Below, piece by piece: positions 50,994 to 60,292 of a stretch of DNA of 64,000 nucleotides. The number at the start of each line of letters is the position of its first letter. The first letter of the stretch is position 1. The translations under genes were made by a program, and so were the position numbers. The stretch comes from Pseudomonadota bacterium. Its GTDB lineage: Bacteria; Pseudomonadota; Gammaproteobacteria; Beggiatoales; Beggiatoaceae. Where the stretch lies: contig JBEAVE010000006.1 of NCBI GenBank assembly GCA_041161065.1, positions 58,912-122,911 of the forward strand, in the 5' to 3' direction. Below the pieces are notes generated by a model, which saw nothing but the letters and a program-made list of their open reading frames with translations, searched no databases and was not told where the DNA came from.

Positions 50994-51629
50994 ATGTTAG
51001 GTATTTTAGGTGGGACGTTTGATCCCATTCATCATGGACATTTGAGATTGGCATTAGAAATATATGAACGGTTGGGGTTACAAGCAGTGCATTTGATGGT
51101 TTCTGCAAACCCGCCCCATCGTCAAACACCACAAACGCCAGCTTCCATTCGTTTTGAAATGTTAAAATTGGCAATTAATGATATAACTGGGTTAGTTGCC
51201 GATAATCGAGAATTAAAGCGTCAGCAGGTTTCTTATACGGTAGAAACATTATTGGAAATGCGCCAAGAATTTGGAGAACAACTGCCAATTTGTTTAATTT
51301 TAGGAATGGACGCTTTTTTGAGTTTGCCAACGTGGTTTGAATGGGAGAAAATAATTCATTTGACGCATTTAGTTATTACCTCGCGCCCTGAAATTGAACA
51401 AGTCTTTTCTCAACCCTTACAAATGCTTTTACAAAAACACCGAGCTAAAACAATCCGTGAATTAAAAGAAAAACCAGCCGGTTGTATTTGGTTTGAAAGT
51501 GTGCCGAAGTTGCATATTTCTGCCACACAAATTCGCCAATGTTTTTTAGAGCAACGTGACCCGCATTATTTACTGCCAGAAATGGTTTTAAGATTCATTT
51601 ATCAACGAGGTTTGTATAACGTATGTTAA
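50994..51629 (+). CDS. nadD: nicotinate-nucleotide adenylyltransferase
   Basis: GILGGTFDPIHHGH motif, 211 aa. Confidence 0.9.
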   Translation: MLGILGGTFDPIHHGHLRLALEIYERLGLQAVHLMVSANPPHRQTPQTPASIRFEMLKLAINDITGLVADNRELKRQQVSYTVETLLEMRQEFGEQLPICLILGMDAFLSLPTWFEWEKIIHLTHLVITSRPEIEQVFSQPLQMLLQKHRAKTIRELKEKPAGCIWFESVPKLHISATQIRQCFLEQRDPHYLLPEMVLRFIYQRGLYNVC

Positions 51630-51973
51630 ATTCAGAACAATTATCTAAAGTTGTGGTTCACGCAATGGAAGAACTGAAAGCACAAAACATTAAAGTTTTA
51701 GATGTGCGACGGATTTCTGGCGTGACGGATTATTTGGTTATTTCTAGTGGAACAAGTAATCGTCAAGTTTCTGCTATTGCAGATAAGGTTGTTGATGATG
51801 CAAAAACAAATGGACAACGGGTTCTAGGCATTGAAGGAAAAAATCCAAGTGAATGGATTTTAGTGGATTTGGGTGATGTAGTTGCACATATCATGCAGCC
51901 GCATATTCGGGATTTCTACCAGTTAGAAAAACTTTGGAGCAACTTAGAAGAAACTTCTCACACAGAGCACTAA
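51623..51973 (+). CDS. rsfS: ribosome silencing factor RsfS
   Basis: 116 aa with DYLVISSGTSNRQV and WILVDLGDVVAHIM motifs. Follows nadD as in many bacteria. Confidence 0.9.
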   Translation: MLNSEQLSKVVVHAMEELKAQNIKVLDVRRISGVTDYLVISSGTSNRQVSAIADKVVDDAKTNGQRVLGIEGKNPSEWILVDLGDVVAHIMQPHIRDFYQLEKLWSNLEETSHTEH

Positions 51974-51976
51974 AAA

Positions 51977-52330
51977 ATGACAACAGATAGTTTAGAAAAT
52001 TTAAATCAAAAAATTGCCCAATTTGCAAAAATTCGTGATTGGGATCAATTTCATAATCCAAAGAATTTGGCAATGGCGTTGATTGGTGAAGCGGGAGAAT
52101 TAGTAGAGCATTTCCAATGGCTCACGTTTGAGCAAAGTATGCAATTATCTCCAGAGAAACGTCAAGCCGTTAGTTATGAATTGGCGGATATTTTAATTTA
52201 TTTGTTGCGCATGGCAGATAGATTAGAAATAGATATATTGCAAGCGACGCAGGATAAAATGGCAATTAATGAGCAACGTTATCCAGTAGAAAAAGTGCGC
52301 GGTGATGCTAGAAAAGCTAATGAATATTGA
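51977..52330 (+). CDS. MazG-like nucleotide pyrophosphohydrolase (small all-alpha NTP-PPase)
   Basis: FAKIRDWDQFHNPKNLAMALIGEAGELVEHFQW and ELADILIYLLRMADRLEID (EExxE/D-type metal motifs). Confidence 0.75.
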   Translation: MTTDSLENLNQKIAQFAKIRDWDQFHNPKNLAMALIGEAGELVEHFQWLTFEQSMQLSPEKRQAVSYELADILIYLLRMADRLEIDILQATQDKMAINEQRYPVEKVRGDARKANEY

Positions 52331-53360
52331 AAACAACTTTAGTGCAAATTTGCTTGCATGGTTTGATAAATACGGACGTAAGAATCTTCCTTGGCAATCT
52401 CCTCGAACAGCTTATCGAGTATGGATTTCTGAAATCATGTTACAACAAACACAAGTTGCAACCGTTATTCCTTATTTTGAACGTTTTATTCAAACCTTTC
52501 CCAACATAGAAACCCTAGCAAATGCACCTTTGGATCAAGTATTACAACTGTGGACAGGTTTAGGTTATTATGCACGGGCAAGAAACTTACATAAAACCGC
52601 ACAAATAATCGTTAATGAATTTAATAGACAATTTCCTAATAATTTAGAGCAACTCACGAAATTATCAGGGATAGGAAGGTCGACGGCGGGAGCAATTTTA
52701 GCGTTAGCATTTGATCAATCTCAACCGATTTTAGATGGTAATGTTAAACGGGTTTTATGTCGTTTCTACGCATTAGAAAATCCTCATCAAAATGATTTGT
52801 GGATTTTAGCAAAACAACATACCCCACAACAAAGAACCGCAGATTATACGCAAGCAATTATGGATTTAGGTGCAACGATTTGTACAAGATCACGTCCACG
52901 TTGTTTAGAATGTCCTCAAAAATTAAGCTGTTGCGCGCATACAAAAGGATTGGAAATAAACTTTCCAACGCCTAAACAACGTAAAACATTACCCATCAAA
53001 GAAACACAAATGTTAATAATACAAAATAAACAACAAGAAATTTTATTAGAACGTCGACCATTAAAAGGATTATGGGGAGGTTTGTGGGTATTTCCAATGT
53101 GTGAGGAATCGGTAGAAAAATGGTGTGAGAAACATTGTCAAGAAAAGATTTCTGAAAAATATATTTGGTCATCATTGCGTCATAGTTTTACACACTTTCA
53201 TTTAGATATTACACCTATTCACGTTATAATGGACAATTCTTCCACATTTGAATTACCAAATAGTCGGTGGTTTCTACCTGAGAAAATAGAGGTAGGAAGT
53301 GCTGCACCCGTTATGAAACTTTTACAGCAATTAACTTCATTTCAATTGATAGGAGCATAA
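52302..53360 (+). CDS. mutY: A/G-specific adenine DNA glycosylase MutY
   Basis: HhH-GPD motif LSGIGRSTAGAILA. Fe-S cluster loop CTRSRPRCLECPQKLSC. NUDIX-like C-domain. The start may be ATG 52320 (MNIENNF). Confidence 0.9.
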   Translation: MMLEKLMNIENNFSANLLAWFDKYGRKNLPWQSPRTAYRVWISEIMLQQTQVATVIPYFERFIQTFPNIETLANAPLDQVLQLWTGLGYYARARNLHKTAQIIVNEFNRQFPNNLEQLTKLSGIGRSTAGAILALAFDQSQPILDGNVKRVLCRFYALENPHQNDLWILAKQHTPQQRTADYTQAIMDLGATICTRSRPRCLECPQKLSCCAHTKGLEINFPTPKQRKTLPIKETQMLIIQNKQQEILLERRPLKGLWGGLWVFPMCEESVEKWCEKHCQEKISEKYIWSSLRHSFTHFHLDITPIHVIMDNSSTFELPNSRWFLPEKIEVGSAAPVMKLLQQLTSFQLIGA

Positions 53361-53363
53361 AAG

Positions 53364-53633
53364 ATGAGCCGAGTAGTTCAATGCGCAAAATTAAGCAAGG
53401 AAGCTGAAGGTTTGAAAGCACCACCTTATCCCGGCGAATTAGGGAAGAAAATTTTTGAGCATATTTCTCAAGAAGCGTGGCAAATGTGGTTACGTCATCA
53501 AACCATGTTAATCAATGAATATCGGCTTTCTCCGCTTGATCCACGCGCGAGGAAAATGATTGAAACTGAAATGGAAAAGTTCTTTTTTGGCGAGGGTTCA
53601 ACGCCGCCGCAAGGATTTAAGCCTGAGAACTAA
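53364..53633 (+). CDS. yggX: oxidative-damage protection / Fe(2+)-trafficking protein YggX
   Basis: 89 aa with [36 protein letters not shown]. The mutY-yggX order is conserved. Confidence 0.85.
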   Translation: MSRVVQCAKLSKEAEGLKAPPYPGELGKKIFEHISQEAWQMWLRHQTMLINEYRLSPLDPRARKMIETEMEKFFFGEGSTPPQGFKPEN

Positions 53634-53635
53634 TT

Positions 53636-53660
53636 AAAAAGGCTGGAATAAAACCCAGCC
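53636..53660 (-). terminator. hairpin terminator (T-run on minus strand; serves trpA, possibly also yggX)
   Basis: Stem ggctgg (53641-53646) / ccagcc (53655-53660). The A5 run at 53636-53640 gives a U-tract only for the minus-strand transcript. Confidence 0.5.
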
Positions 53661-53731
53661 GTGAAATGAATATTGAAAGGTTTTTTTGTAGAAACGTTGA
53701 AAGCAATGATCATTTCTACGCATTTCAAAAG

Positions 53732-54532
53732 TTAGTGGTTGTCGATCCCGCGTCGAATGTCGGCGAGTGTATGGGAAAGCGCGGAGATAAGTTGAGATTC
53801 TTCTGTAGTTTCAATGAGTTGTACTAATGCGCTCCCGACAATGATGGCATCGGCAATTTTGGCAACGTTGGCGGCGGTTTCCGCGTTTTTTATGCCAAAA
53901 CCCACACCAATTGGGAGGGTTGTGTGGGCGCGAACGGTCGCCAATTTATCGCTAACTGCTTGAATATCCAAGTCTGCGCTCCCCGTCACGCCTTTCACCG
54001 ACACGTAATAAATAAATCCGCTGGCTTGGTTGGCGATTAATTTGATTCGATCCACATCGGTGGTGGGTGAAATTAAAAAAATGGTATTTATTTCATAGGG
54101 TTGTAATGCTTTAACGAAAGCGTCGGCTTCTTCGGGCGGTAAATCGACAATCAAAAATCCATCAACGCCTGCATTTGCGGCATCTTTTGCAACTGCTTGA
54201 TAAGTGTAGGCTTCGAGCGGATTTAGGTAACCCATTAAAACAATCGGTGTTTGGGTATTTTGAGTTCGAAATTCTTTAACCATTTCAAAAACTTGTCGAA
54301 GCGAAACTTGGTATTTTAGGGCACGTTCGCTCGCACGTTGAATAACGGGTCCGTCCGCCATCGGATCAGAAAATGGCACACCCAATTCCAAAATATCCGC
54401 GCCCGCCGCCACCAATGCGTGCAGAAAAGAAACGGTTAAAGTCGGGTTTGGATCGCCCGCTGTTATGAATGGAATCAAGGCTTTACGTTGTTTGGCGCGG
54501 CAATCGGCGAAACACGTTTGAAGTCGGTTCAT
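53732..54532 (-). CDS. trpA: tryptophan synthase alpha chain
   Basis: LIPFITAGDP, ELGVPFSDPMADGPVIQ, GFGI motifs, 266 aa. Confidence 0.93.
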   Translation of the reverse strand: MNRLQTCFADCRAKQRKALIPFITAGDPNPTLTVSFLHALVAAGADILELGVPFSDPMADGPVIQRASERALKYQVSLRQVFEMVKEFRTQNTQTPIVLMGYLNPLEAYTYQAVAKDAANAGVDGFLIVDLPPEEADAFVKALQPYEINTIFLISPTTDVDRIKLIANQASGFIYYVSVKGVTGSADLDIQAVSDKLATVRAHTTLPIGVGFGIKNAETAANVAKIADAIIVGSALVQLIETTEESQLISALSHTLADIRRGIDNH

Positions 54533-54620
54533 TTTTTCTTCCTTTTTGAAATGAAATCTATTGACAGCCTATTGTAACTAAATATAGAGTGAATACAACT
54601 TTAACTGATAAAGAAACCTA

Positions 54621-55946
54621 ATGAAACGACGCAGAAAAACTTTACCCGCAGAAACCATTACCTTAACTATTGAACGTTTGTCACACGACGGACGCGGGAT
54701 TGCAATTAATAATGGAAAAACCGTTTTTGTTAGTGGTGGACTACCTGAAGAAACCGTGATTGCAAAATACACCGATATTCATAGCAAATTTGATGAAGTT
54801 GATGCCATAGAAATTATTAAAGCATCACCACTAAGAACCGCTCCCATTTGTTCTCATTTTTTAATTTGTGGCGGGTGTAATTTACAGCATTTGAATCATG
54901 GGGCACAATTGCAATTAAAACAACATAATTTATTAGAGCAACTTCAACACATTGGTAAAACCACGCCAGAAACCATTTTACCGCCTTTGCAGGGATTACA
55001 AAAGGGGTATCGTTGTAAAGCCCGTTTGGGTGTAAAACTTGTTCCCAAAAAAGGTGGCGTTCTTGTTGGATTTAGAGAACGAAGAAGCAATTTTTTAGCT
55101 GAATTACAACATTGCCCAATATTACATTTTTCGGTTGGTGAACGCATTGTAGATTTGAGAAACTTGCTTTCTACTTTTGAAGGTGCAGCAACCATTGCTC
55201 AAATAGAAGTTGCCGTTTGTGAAACGCATACTGCTTTAATCTTTCGTAATTTGCAGCCATTAGTGGAAAGTGATCAAGAAAAACTCAGAATATTCGCAAA
55301 GGAAACCGGCTTACATATTTATTTGCAACCTAACAAAATAACTAGCATAACACCATTTTACCCGATCCCCGCTGAAAAACTGTTTTATTCTCCAGAAGAA
55401 AATATAAATATTTATTTTCAACCCAGCGATTTTACGCAAGTAAATCCACAAATGAATCGACAAATGGTTCAGCAAGCAATTTCTTTGTTGAATCCTTCAA
55501 AAGAAGATCATATTTTAGAACTATTTTGTGGATTAGGTAATTTTACTGTTCCGTTTGCTAAAAGAGCAGGTTTTATTACCGCCGTTGAAGGGGAACAAAT
55601 GCTTATTCAACGTGCAAAAGAAAATGCTCAACGATTAGGGGTTGAAAATATTGAATATCATGTTGCAAATTTGCAGCAAGAAAACCTTAATGAGAGTTGG
55701 TTGAAAAAAACTTATAATAAAATATTCCTTGATCCACCTCGTAGCGGCGCAATTGAAATTATCCGACAATTACCATTACACAATGTAAAGCAACTGGTTT
55801 ATGTATCGTGTAATCCCGCAACGTTATCGCGTGATGTAGAAACTTTGGTGCATGAGAAAGGTTTTTGCTTAAAGAAAACAGGCATTATGGATATGTTTCC
55901 ACACACAGCACACGTTGAATCTATTGCGCTATTTGAAAAGGATTAG
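54621..55946 (+). CDS. rlmD: 23S rRNA (uracil1939-C5)-methyltransferase RlmD (RumA)
   Basis: N-terminal TRAM domain. Fe-S motif CSHFLICGGCNLQH. SAM-MTase motifs ELFCGLGNF and VYVSCNPATL. Confidence 0.9.
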   Translation: MKRRRKTLPAETITLTIERLSHDGRGIAINNGKTVFVSGGLPEETVIAKYTDIHSKFDEVDAIEIIKASPLRTAPICSHFLICGGCNLQHLNHGAQLQLKQHNLLEQLQHIGKTTPETILPPLQGLQKGYRCKARLGVKLVPKKGGVLVGFRERRSNFLAELQHCPILHFSVGERIVDLRNLLSTFEGAATIAQIEVAVCETHTALIFRNLQPLVESDQEKLRIFAKETGLHIYLQPNKITSITPFYPIPAEKLFYSPEENINIYFQPSDFTQVNPQMNRQMVQQAISLLNPSKEDHILELFCGLGNFTVPFAKRAGFITAVEGEQMLIQRAKENAQRLGVENIEYHVANLQQENLNESWLKKTYNKIFLDPPRSGAIEIIRQLPLHNVKQLVYVSCNPATLSRDVETLVHEKGFCLKKTGIMDMFPHTAHVESIALFEKD

Positions 55947-55952
55947 AACTTC

Positions 55953-56852
55953 ATGCGAATTTTGACTTGGTTTCAAGCGACTCGTCCTCAATTTTTGACT
56001 GTAATTATTTTACCAATTTTCTTAGGAAATTCGATTGCTTGGTACGATAAGAAAATCTTTTCTGGTGAATATTTCATTTTGTCATTATTAGCAGGGATTT
56101 TGTGTGCAGCGGCGGCTAATGTTTTAAATGATTATTTTGATCATTTGAACCAAACAGATGTTTTAAATACTGACCCTTTAACACCATTTGCGGGTGGTAG
56201 TCGAATGATTCAAAATGGGGTTTTAAGTGCGGAACAAACACTTCATTATGGAATGGTTCTACTGACATTAGCCGTTATGTTAGGTCTTTTCTTAATTATT
56301 GAGAGAGGACTTCCTCTGTTTTTAATGGGTTTAATTGGGGTTTTATCCATATATTTCTACTCCGCTCCGCCATTATTACATAGCTTTGGTTTAGGAGAAA
56401 TCACAATTGGTTTGAACTATGGTATTTTAGCGGTGGCTGGATCATATTTCGTACAAACCCAAGACTACAGTGCAACAGCTTTCTTTGCTTCTCTACCTAT
56501 TGCAGGTTTTGCAACCGCAATTCTATATATTAATCAATTTCCTGATTATGAAGCAGATCGCGCCGCTGGTAAAAACAATTGGGTGGTTAGATTGGGTAAA
56601 GAAAAAGCTAAAAATTACTTTAATTATCTGTTGGTTAGCAGTTTTAGTTTATTATTTTTAGGGATTATTTTACAATATCTACCGCTGTGGTCTATTTTGG
56701 TTGTATTAGTTTTACCAATTGCGTTAAAAGCGATGTATATTTTGAAACAACATTATCACCAAAAACAGGCTTTAATTCCTGCGATTCAAAATACCATTGC
56801 ATTACATAGTTTGGCAACGATTTTATTAACAGTCGCTTTTCTTTTATCTTGA
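55953..56852 (+). CDS. UbiA-family prenyltransferase, MenA-like
   Basis: Polytopic, with first Asp-rich motif NVLNDYFDHLNQTD and a second region QFPDYEADRAAGKNN. Confidence 0.65.
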   Translation: MRILTWFQATRPQFLTVIILPIFLGNSIAWYDKKIFSGEYFILSLLAGILCAAAANVLNDYFDHLNQTDVLNTDPLTPFAGGSRMIQNGVLSAEQTLHYGMVLLTLAVMLGLFLIIERGLPLFLMGLIGVLSIYFYSAPPLLHSFGLGEITIGLNYGILAVAGSYFVQTQDYSATAFFASLPIAGFATAILYINQFPDYEADRAAGKNNWVVRLGKEKAKNYFNYLLVSSFSLLFLGIILQYLPLWSILVVLVLPIALKAMYILKQHYHQKQALIPAIQNTIALHSLATILLTVAFLLS

Positions 56853-56861
56853 GGGAACAAC

Positions 56862-57410
56862 ATGAGCGTATTAAAAATTTACAACACCGAGAATACTCAA
56901 TTATTAGAAACAGTAGAAAATTGGGACGATATTTCAGCCCGTTTAAACAGTTTAGGATTGCGATTTGAACGTTGGAAAACGGAACAATTTTTGGAGGATA
57001 ATTCAACCCAAGAAACGGTTTTAAATGCGTATAAAGATGATGTTTCAAAATTAAATCAAGAATATGGTTTTCAATCCATCGATGTTGTTAATTTAACACC
57101 CAATCACCCAGATAGAGCAACTTTACGTGCAAAGTTTTTAGATGAACATACCCATGATGATAATGAAGTTCGGTTTTTTGTCGATGGTTGTGGATTGTTT
57201 TATATTCATTTAGAGGAAAAGGTTTTTAGTTTGTTATGTGAAAAGGGGGATTTAATCAATGTTCCAGCTCATATTAAACATTGGTTTGATATGGGAGAAA
57301 CTCCCTATTTCAAATGTATTCGTTTCTTTACGCGACCTGATGGTTGGGTTGGGCATTTCACGGGTGAAAAAATTTCTGAGCGATTTCCTAAATTAGGGGA
57401 AGAAAAATGA
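56862..57410 (+). CDS. mtnD: acireductone dioxygenase (methionine salvage)
   Basis: ARD cupin: DEHTHDDNEVRFFVDGCGLFYIH and PAHIKHWFDMG. Confidence 0.85.
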   Translation: MSVLKIYNTENTQLLETVENWDDISARLNSLGLRFERWKTEQFLEDNSTQETVLNAYKDDVSKLNQEYGFQSIDVVNLTPNHPDRATLRAKFLDEHTHDDNEVRFFVDGCGLFYIHLEEKVFSLLCEKGDLINVPAHIKHWFDMGETPYFKCIRFFTRPDGWVGHFTGEKISERFPKLGEEK

Positions 57411-58087
57411 TTACAGCCATCTTAACTGATATTGAAGGAACAACCTCATCACTTTCTTTCGTAAAAGAAGTTTTATTTCCTTATGCAAGAAAGCATTTAG
57501 CCGATTTTATTAGGAATCATCGAGAAATGCCTGAGGTATTGCATTGGCTTGAGGAAACCCGTAAAGAAGTTCAACAACCTGATTTAGATGAACAAGGTGT
57601 TATAGAAATCTTAATTCAATGGATTGATCAAGATAAGAAAATTACACCACTAAAAGCCTTACAAGGGTTAATTTGGGAAAAGGGTTATCAAAACAACGAT
57701 TATCAAGGACATCTTTATCAAGACGCATTTGAATGTTTGCAAAAATGGAAACAAAATGGTTTGAAATTATATGTTTTTTCATCGGGTTCAATTAAAGCCC
57801 AACAATTATTATTTGCACATACTGCATTTGGTGATTTAACGCCGTTATTTTCGGGTTATTTTGATACCACTATTGGTGCAAAACAACAGCCAGAATCCTA
57901 CCAAAGAATTGCAAAGGAAATAGGGATTACAACTGAAAACATTTTGTTTTTGTCGGATATTCTAGGTGAATTAGATGCAGCAAAAACTGCAGGCATGCAA
58001 ACAACCTGTTTGGTGCGTGAAGGAACTTTACATAACAACTGTGAGCATTCTCAAGTGAGAAACTTTAATGAGTTGGAGTTTTCATAA
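57407..58087 (+). CDS. mtnC: enolase-phosphatase E1 (methionine salvage)
   Basis: HAD motif I ILTDIEGTTSS. YVFSSGS and FLSDILGELDAA. An ATGA overlap links it to mtnD. Confidence 0.85.
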   Translation: MITAILTDIEGTTSSLSFVKEVLFPYARKHLADFIRNHREMPEVLHWLEETRKEVQQPDLDEQGVIEILIQWIDQDKKITPLKALQGLIWEKGYQNNDYQGHLYQDAFECLQKWKQNGLKLYVFSSGSIKAQQLLFAHTAFGDLTPLFSGYFDTTIGAKQQPESYQRIAKEIGITTENILFLSDILGELDAAKTAGMQTTCLVREGTLHNNCEHSQVRNFNELEFS

Positions 58088-58646
58088 GCAAGCGTTCAAG
58101 ACGTTTCTCTAATCGAGCAACATCGGAACGCAACACATCAATCTCATCGCAAAACAAAGCTAATTCTGGGTGGGTTGGTAAAAAGCGAGTTTCTTCTTGC
58201 AAGTATTCAATGGTATTTTGTTGTAAGGTTTGAACGGTTTTTTGAGTGTATTGTTGGGCATTTCTTGCAAGGTTTCCCATTTGGTGAGCAACGACATCAC
58301 CGACTAAGCGAGAAAGTTGTTCTTCCCAATCGATTTGTAGTTGAGCAAATATCGTCATGAAATTTTGAGCAACTTGCATTTCTCCACTTAAAGTAGCAAT
58401 GCCCGTTGTTAATAAAGTAGGCTCGTTCAATAAACGTAGCAAAGAAAATGGCATTCCAGAAATAATAACATCGGGTTGAGTGATTTCTGTTGGCATTTGT
58501 AAAAAACCATCAGATTTTGGAGCAAAACACCACGACAAAGGCGTGCCTTCGATTTGAATTAGCAGGGTTTTATCTTTTAATTTAGCCATTGATTGCCGCG
58601 CGACTTCATCTAATGCTAAGGCTTGATTGATCAGGATTTCTAACAT
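58065..58646 (-). CDS. ubiJ: SCP2-domain ubiquinone biosynthesis accessory factor UbiJ-like
   Basis: N-terminal ILINQALALDEVARQSMAKLKDKTLLIQI (SCP2-like) and a C-terminal amphipathic LRSDVARLEKRLERL, as in UbiJ/YigP. Confidence 0.6.
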   Translation of the reverse strand: MLEILINQALALDEVARQSMAKLKDKTLLIQIEGTPLSWCFAPKSDGFLQMPTEITQPDVIISGMPFSLLRLLNEPTLLTTGIATLSGEMQVAQNFMTIFAQLQIDWEEQLSRLVGDVVAHQMGNLARNAQQYTQKTVQTLQQNTIEYLQEETRFLPTHPELALFCDEIDVLRSDVARLEKRLERLLMKTPTH

Positions 58647-58835
58647 GATATTCTCCTTTATTTTCCATGCAGTTATCTTATCATGACTGCTGCTTTATTA
58701 TAAAACAATTTAATTTTAGAGCAAATTATTCAACAGTGGTAGTGATGTAGAACAACGTGAAATCCCTTTCTAACTTCTTAAAGTATAAAGACCATTATTC
58801 ACTAAATGCACCACTACCAATAATAATTAAATCAA

Positions 58836-60110
58836 CTAATTAGCGGCGGTTAAGGCTTGATCGATGTCTTCTAAAATATCGTCCAAATGCTCAATGCCAA
58901 TGGATAAGCGAATCATATCTTCAGAAACGCCCGCTTTCTTCATTTCATCGGGAGAAAGTTGGCGATGAGTAGTGGTCGCGGGGTGGCAAGCAAGCGATTT
59001 CGCGTCCCCAATATTCACCAATCGTACAACCAATTTCAATGCATCAATGAATTTTGCGCCCGCTTCTTTTCCGCCTTTAATCCCAAAACTTAAAATCCCC
59101 GATGCTTTCCCGTTCATATATTTGTCGACTAATGGTTTGCTCGGATTATTTGCTAAGCCTGCGTATTCAACCCACGAAACATTTGAATGGTTTTGTAAAT
59201 GTTGAGCAACGGCTAAGGCGTTCTCACAATGTTTCTCCATTCTTAACGGTAAAGTTTCTATCCCTTGCATGATTAGAAAACTATTAAACGGAGAAATCGC
59301 CGCGCCCATATTTCTCAAGGGAACAACCCGTGCTTTTCCAATATAAGCCGCTGCCCCTAATGCTTCCGTGAAAACAACGCCATGATAAGAAACGTCAGGT
59401 TCATTTAAGTTTTTGAAACGTTCTTTGTGTTCTGCCCAAGGAAATTTACCCGAATCAACAATGATTCCACCAATAGAAGTACCATGTCCGCCCATGTATT
59501 TCGTTAAAGCGTGAACAATAATATCTGCGCCATGCTCAAAAGGTCTGCACAAATAAGGGGTTGGAACGGTATTGTCCACAATTAAAGGTACGCCGTGTTT
59601 GTGAGCAACTTCGGCTAATAAACCAAAATCAACAACATTTCCCAGTGGGTTTCCAACGGTTTCACAATAAATGGCTTTGGTATTTGCGTCGATGTGTTTC
59701 TCAAAAGCGAGAGGATCACGATAATCGACAAACCGAACATCAATACCAAATTTGGGTAATGTGTGCGCAAACAAATTATAAGTTCCACCATATAAAGTAC
59801 TTGAGGAAATAATGTTATCGCCTGCTTGAGCAATGGTTTGAATGGCGGCGGTAATGGCTGCCATGCCCGATGCAAAAGCTAATGCACCCACGCCACCTTC
59901 CATCATTGCAACCCGTTGCTCGAGCATTTCGGTGGTTGGATTCATCATGCGGGTGTAAATATTTCCTTTGACTTTCAAATCAAACAAATCTGCGCCGTGT
60001 TGGGTATCATCAAACGCATAAGAAGTGGTTTGATAAATGGGGGTTGCAACGGATTTAGTGGTGGGTTCGGGCGAATAACCGCCGTGAATCGCAATGGTTT
60101 CTAAACGCAT
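58836..60110 (-). CDS. metY: O-acetylhomoserine sulfhydrylase (PLP-dependent, Cys/Met metabolism family)
   Basis: TPIYQTTSYAF and the PLP-lysine region HALTKYMGGHG, 424 aa. Confidence 0.9.
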   Translation of the reverse strand: MRLETIAIHGGYSPEPTTKSVATPIYQTTSYAFDDTQHGADLFDLKVKGNIYTRMMNPTTEMLEQRVAMMEGGVGALAFASGMAAITAAIQTIAQAGDNIISSSTLYGGTYNLFAHTLPKFGIDVRFVDYRDPLAFEKHIDANTKAIYCETVGNPLGNVVDFGLLAEVAHKHGVPLIVDNTVPTPYLCRPFEHGADIIVHALTKYMGGHGTSIGGIIVDSGKFPWAEHKERFKNLNEPDVSYHGVVFTEALGAAAYIGKARVVPLRNMGAAISPFNSFLIMQGIETLPLRMEKHCENALAVAQHLQNHSNVSWVEYAGLANNPSKPLVDKYMNGKASGILSFGIKGGKEAGAKFIDALKLVVRLVNIGDAKSLACHPATTTHRQLSPDEMKKAGVSEDMIRLSIGIEHLDDILEDIDQALTAAN

Positions 60111-60235
60111 ACAGACTCTCCTGTTTTTATGGTAAATGTGATAAAAAAGTCCATTCTACGTTCTTTTTTAAGCCTCATTATAAAAATCTTTAACATTCAC
60201 AATAAATAAATCTGTTTGGGTTGTGGCGTAAAGAG

Positions 60236-60265
60236 AAGAAAAAAGCCACCTTTGATTGGGTGGCG
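60236..60265 (-). terminator. rho-independent terminator of the nap operon
   Basis: On the minus strand the stem is gccacc/ggtggc (plus-strand 60245-60250 and 60259-60264), followed by a T6 run. It lies ~30 nt after the napC stop. Confidence 0.65.
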
Positions 60266-60292
60266 ATAGATTTGAAAGTATTTGAAAAAAGG

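Noticed and set aside
56692-57048. A 118-aa antisense ORF spanning the prenyltransferase/mtnD junction, and ORF 60190-60495 overlapping the napC 3' end.
   Set aside because: Both run antisense or off-frame through well-supported genes, and the second also runs through a terminator. They have no RBS, and their composition is AT-rich codon noise.
60111-60235. A possible SAM or other riboswitch in the metY leader.
   Set aside because: I could not recognise any conserved riboswitch core or a convincing terminator/antiterminator pair by eye. A covariance-model (Rfam) scan is needed.
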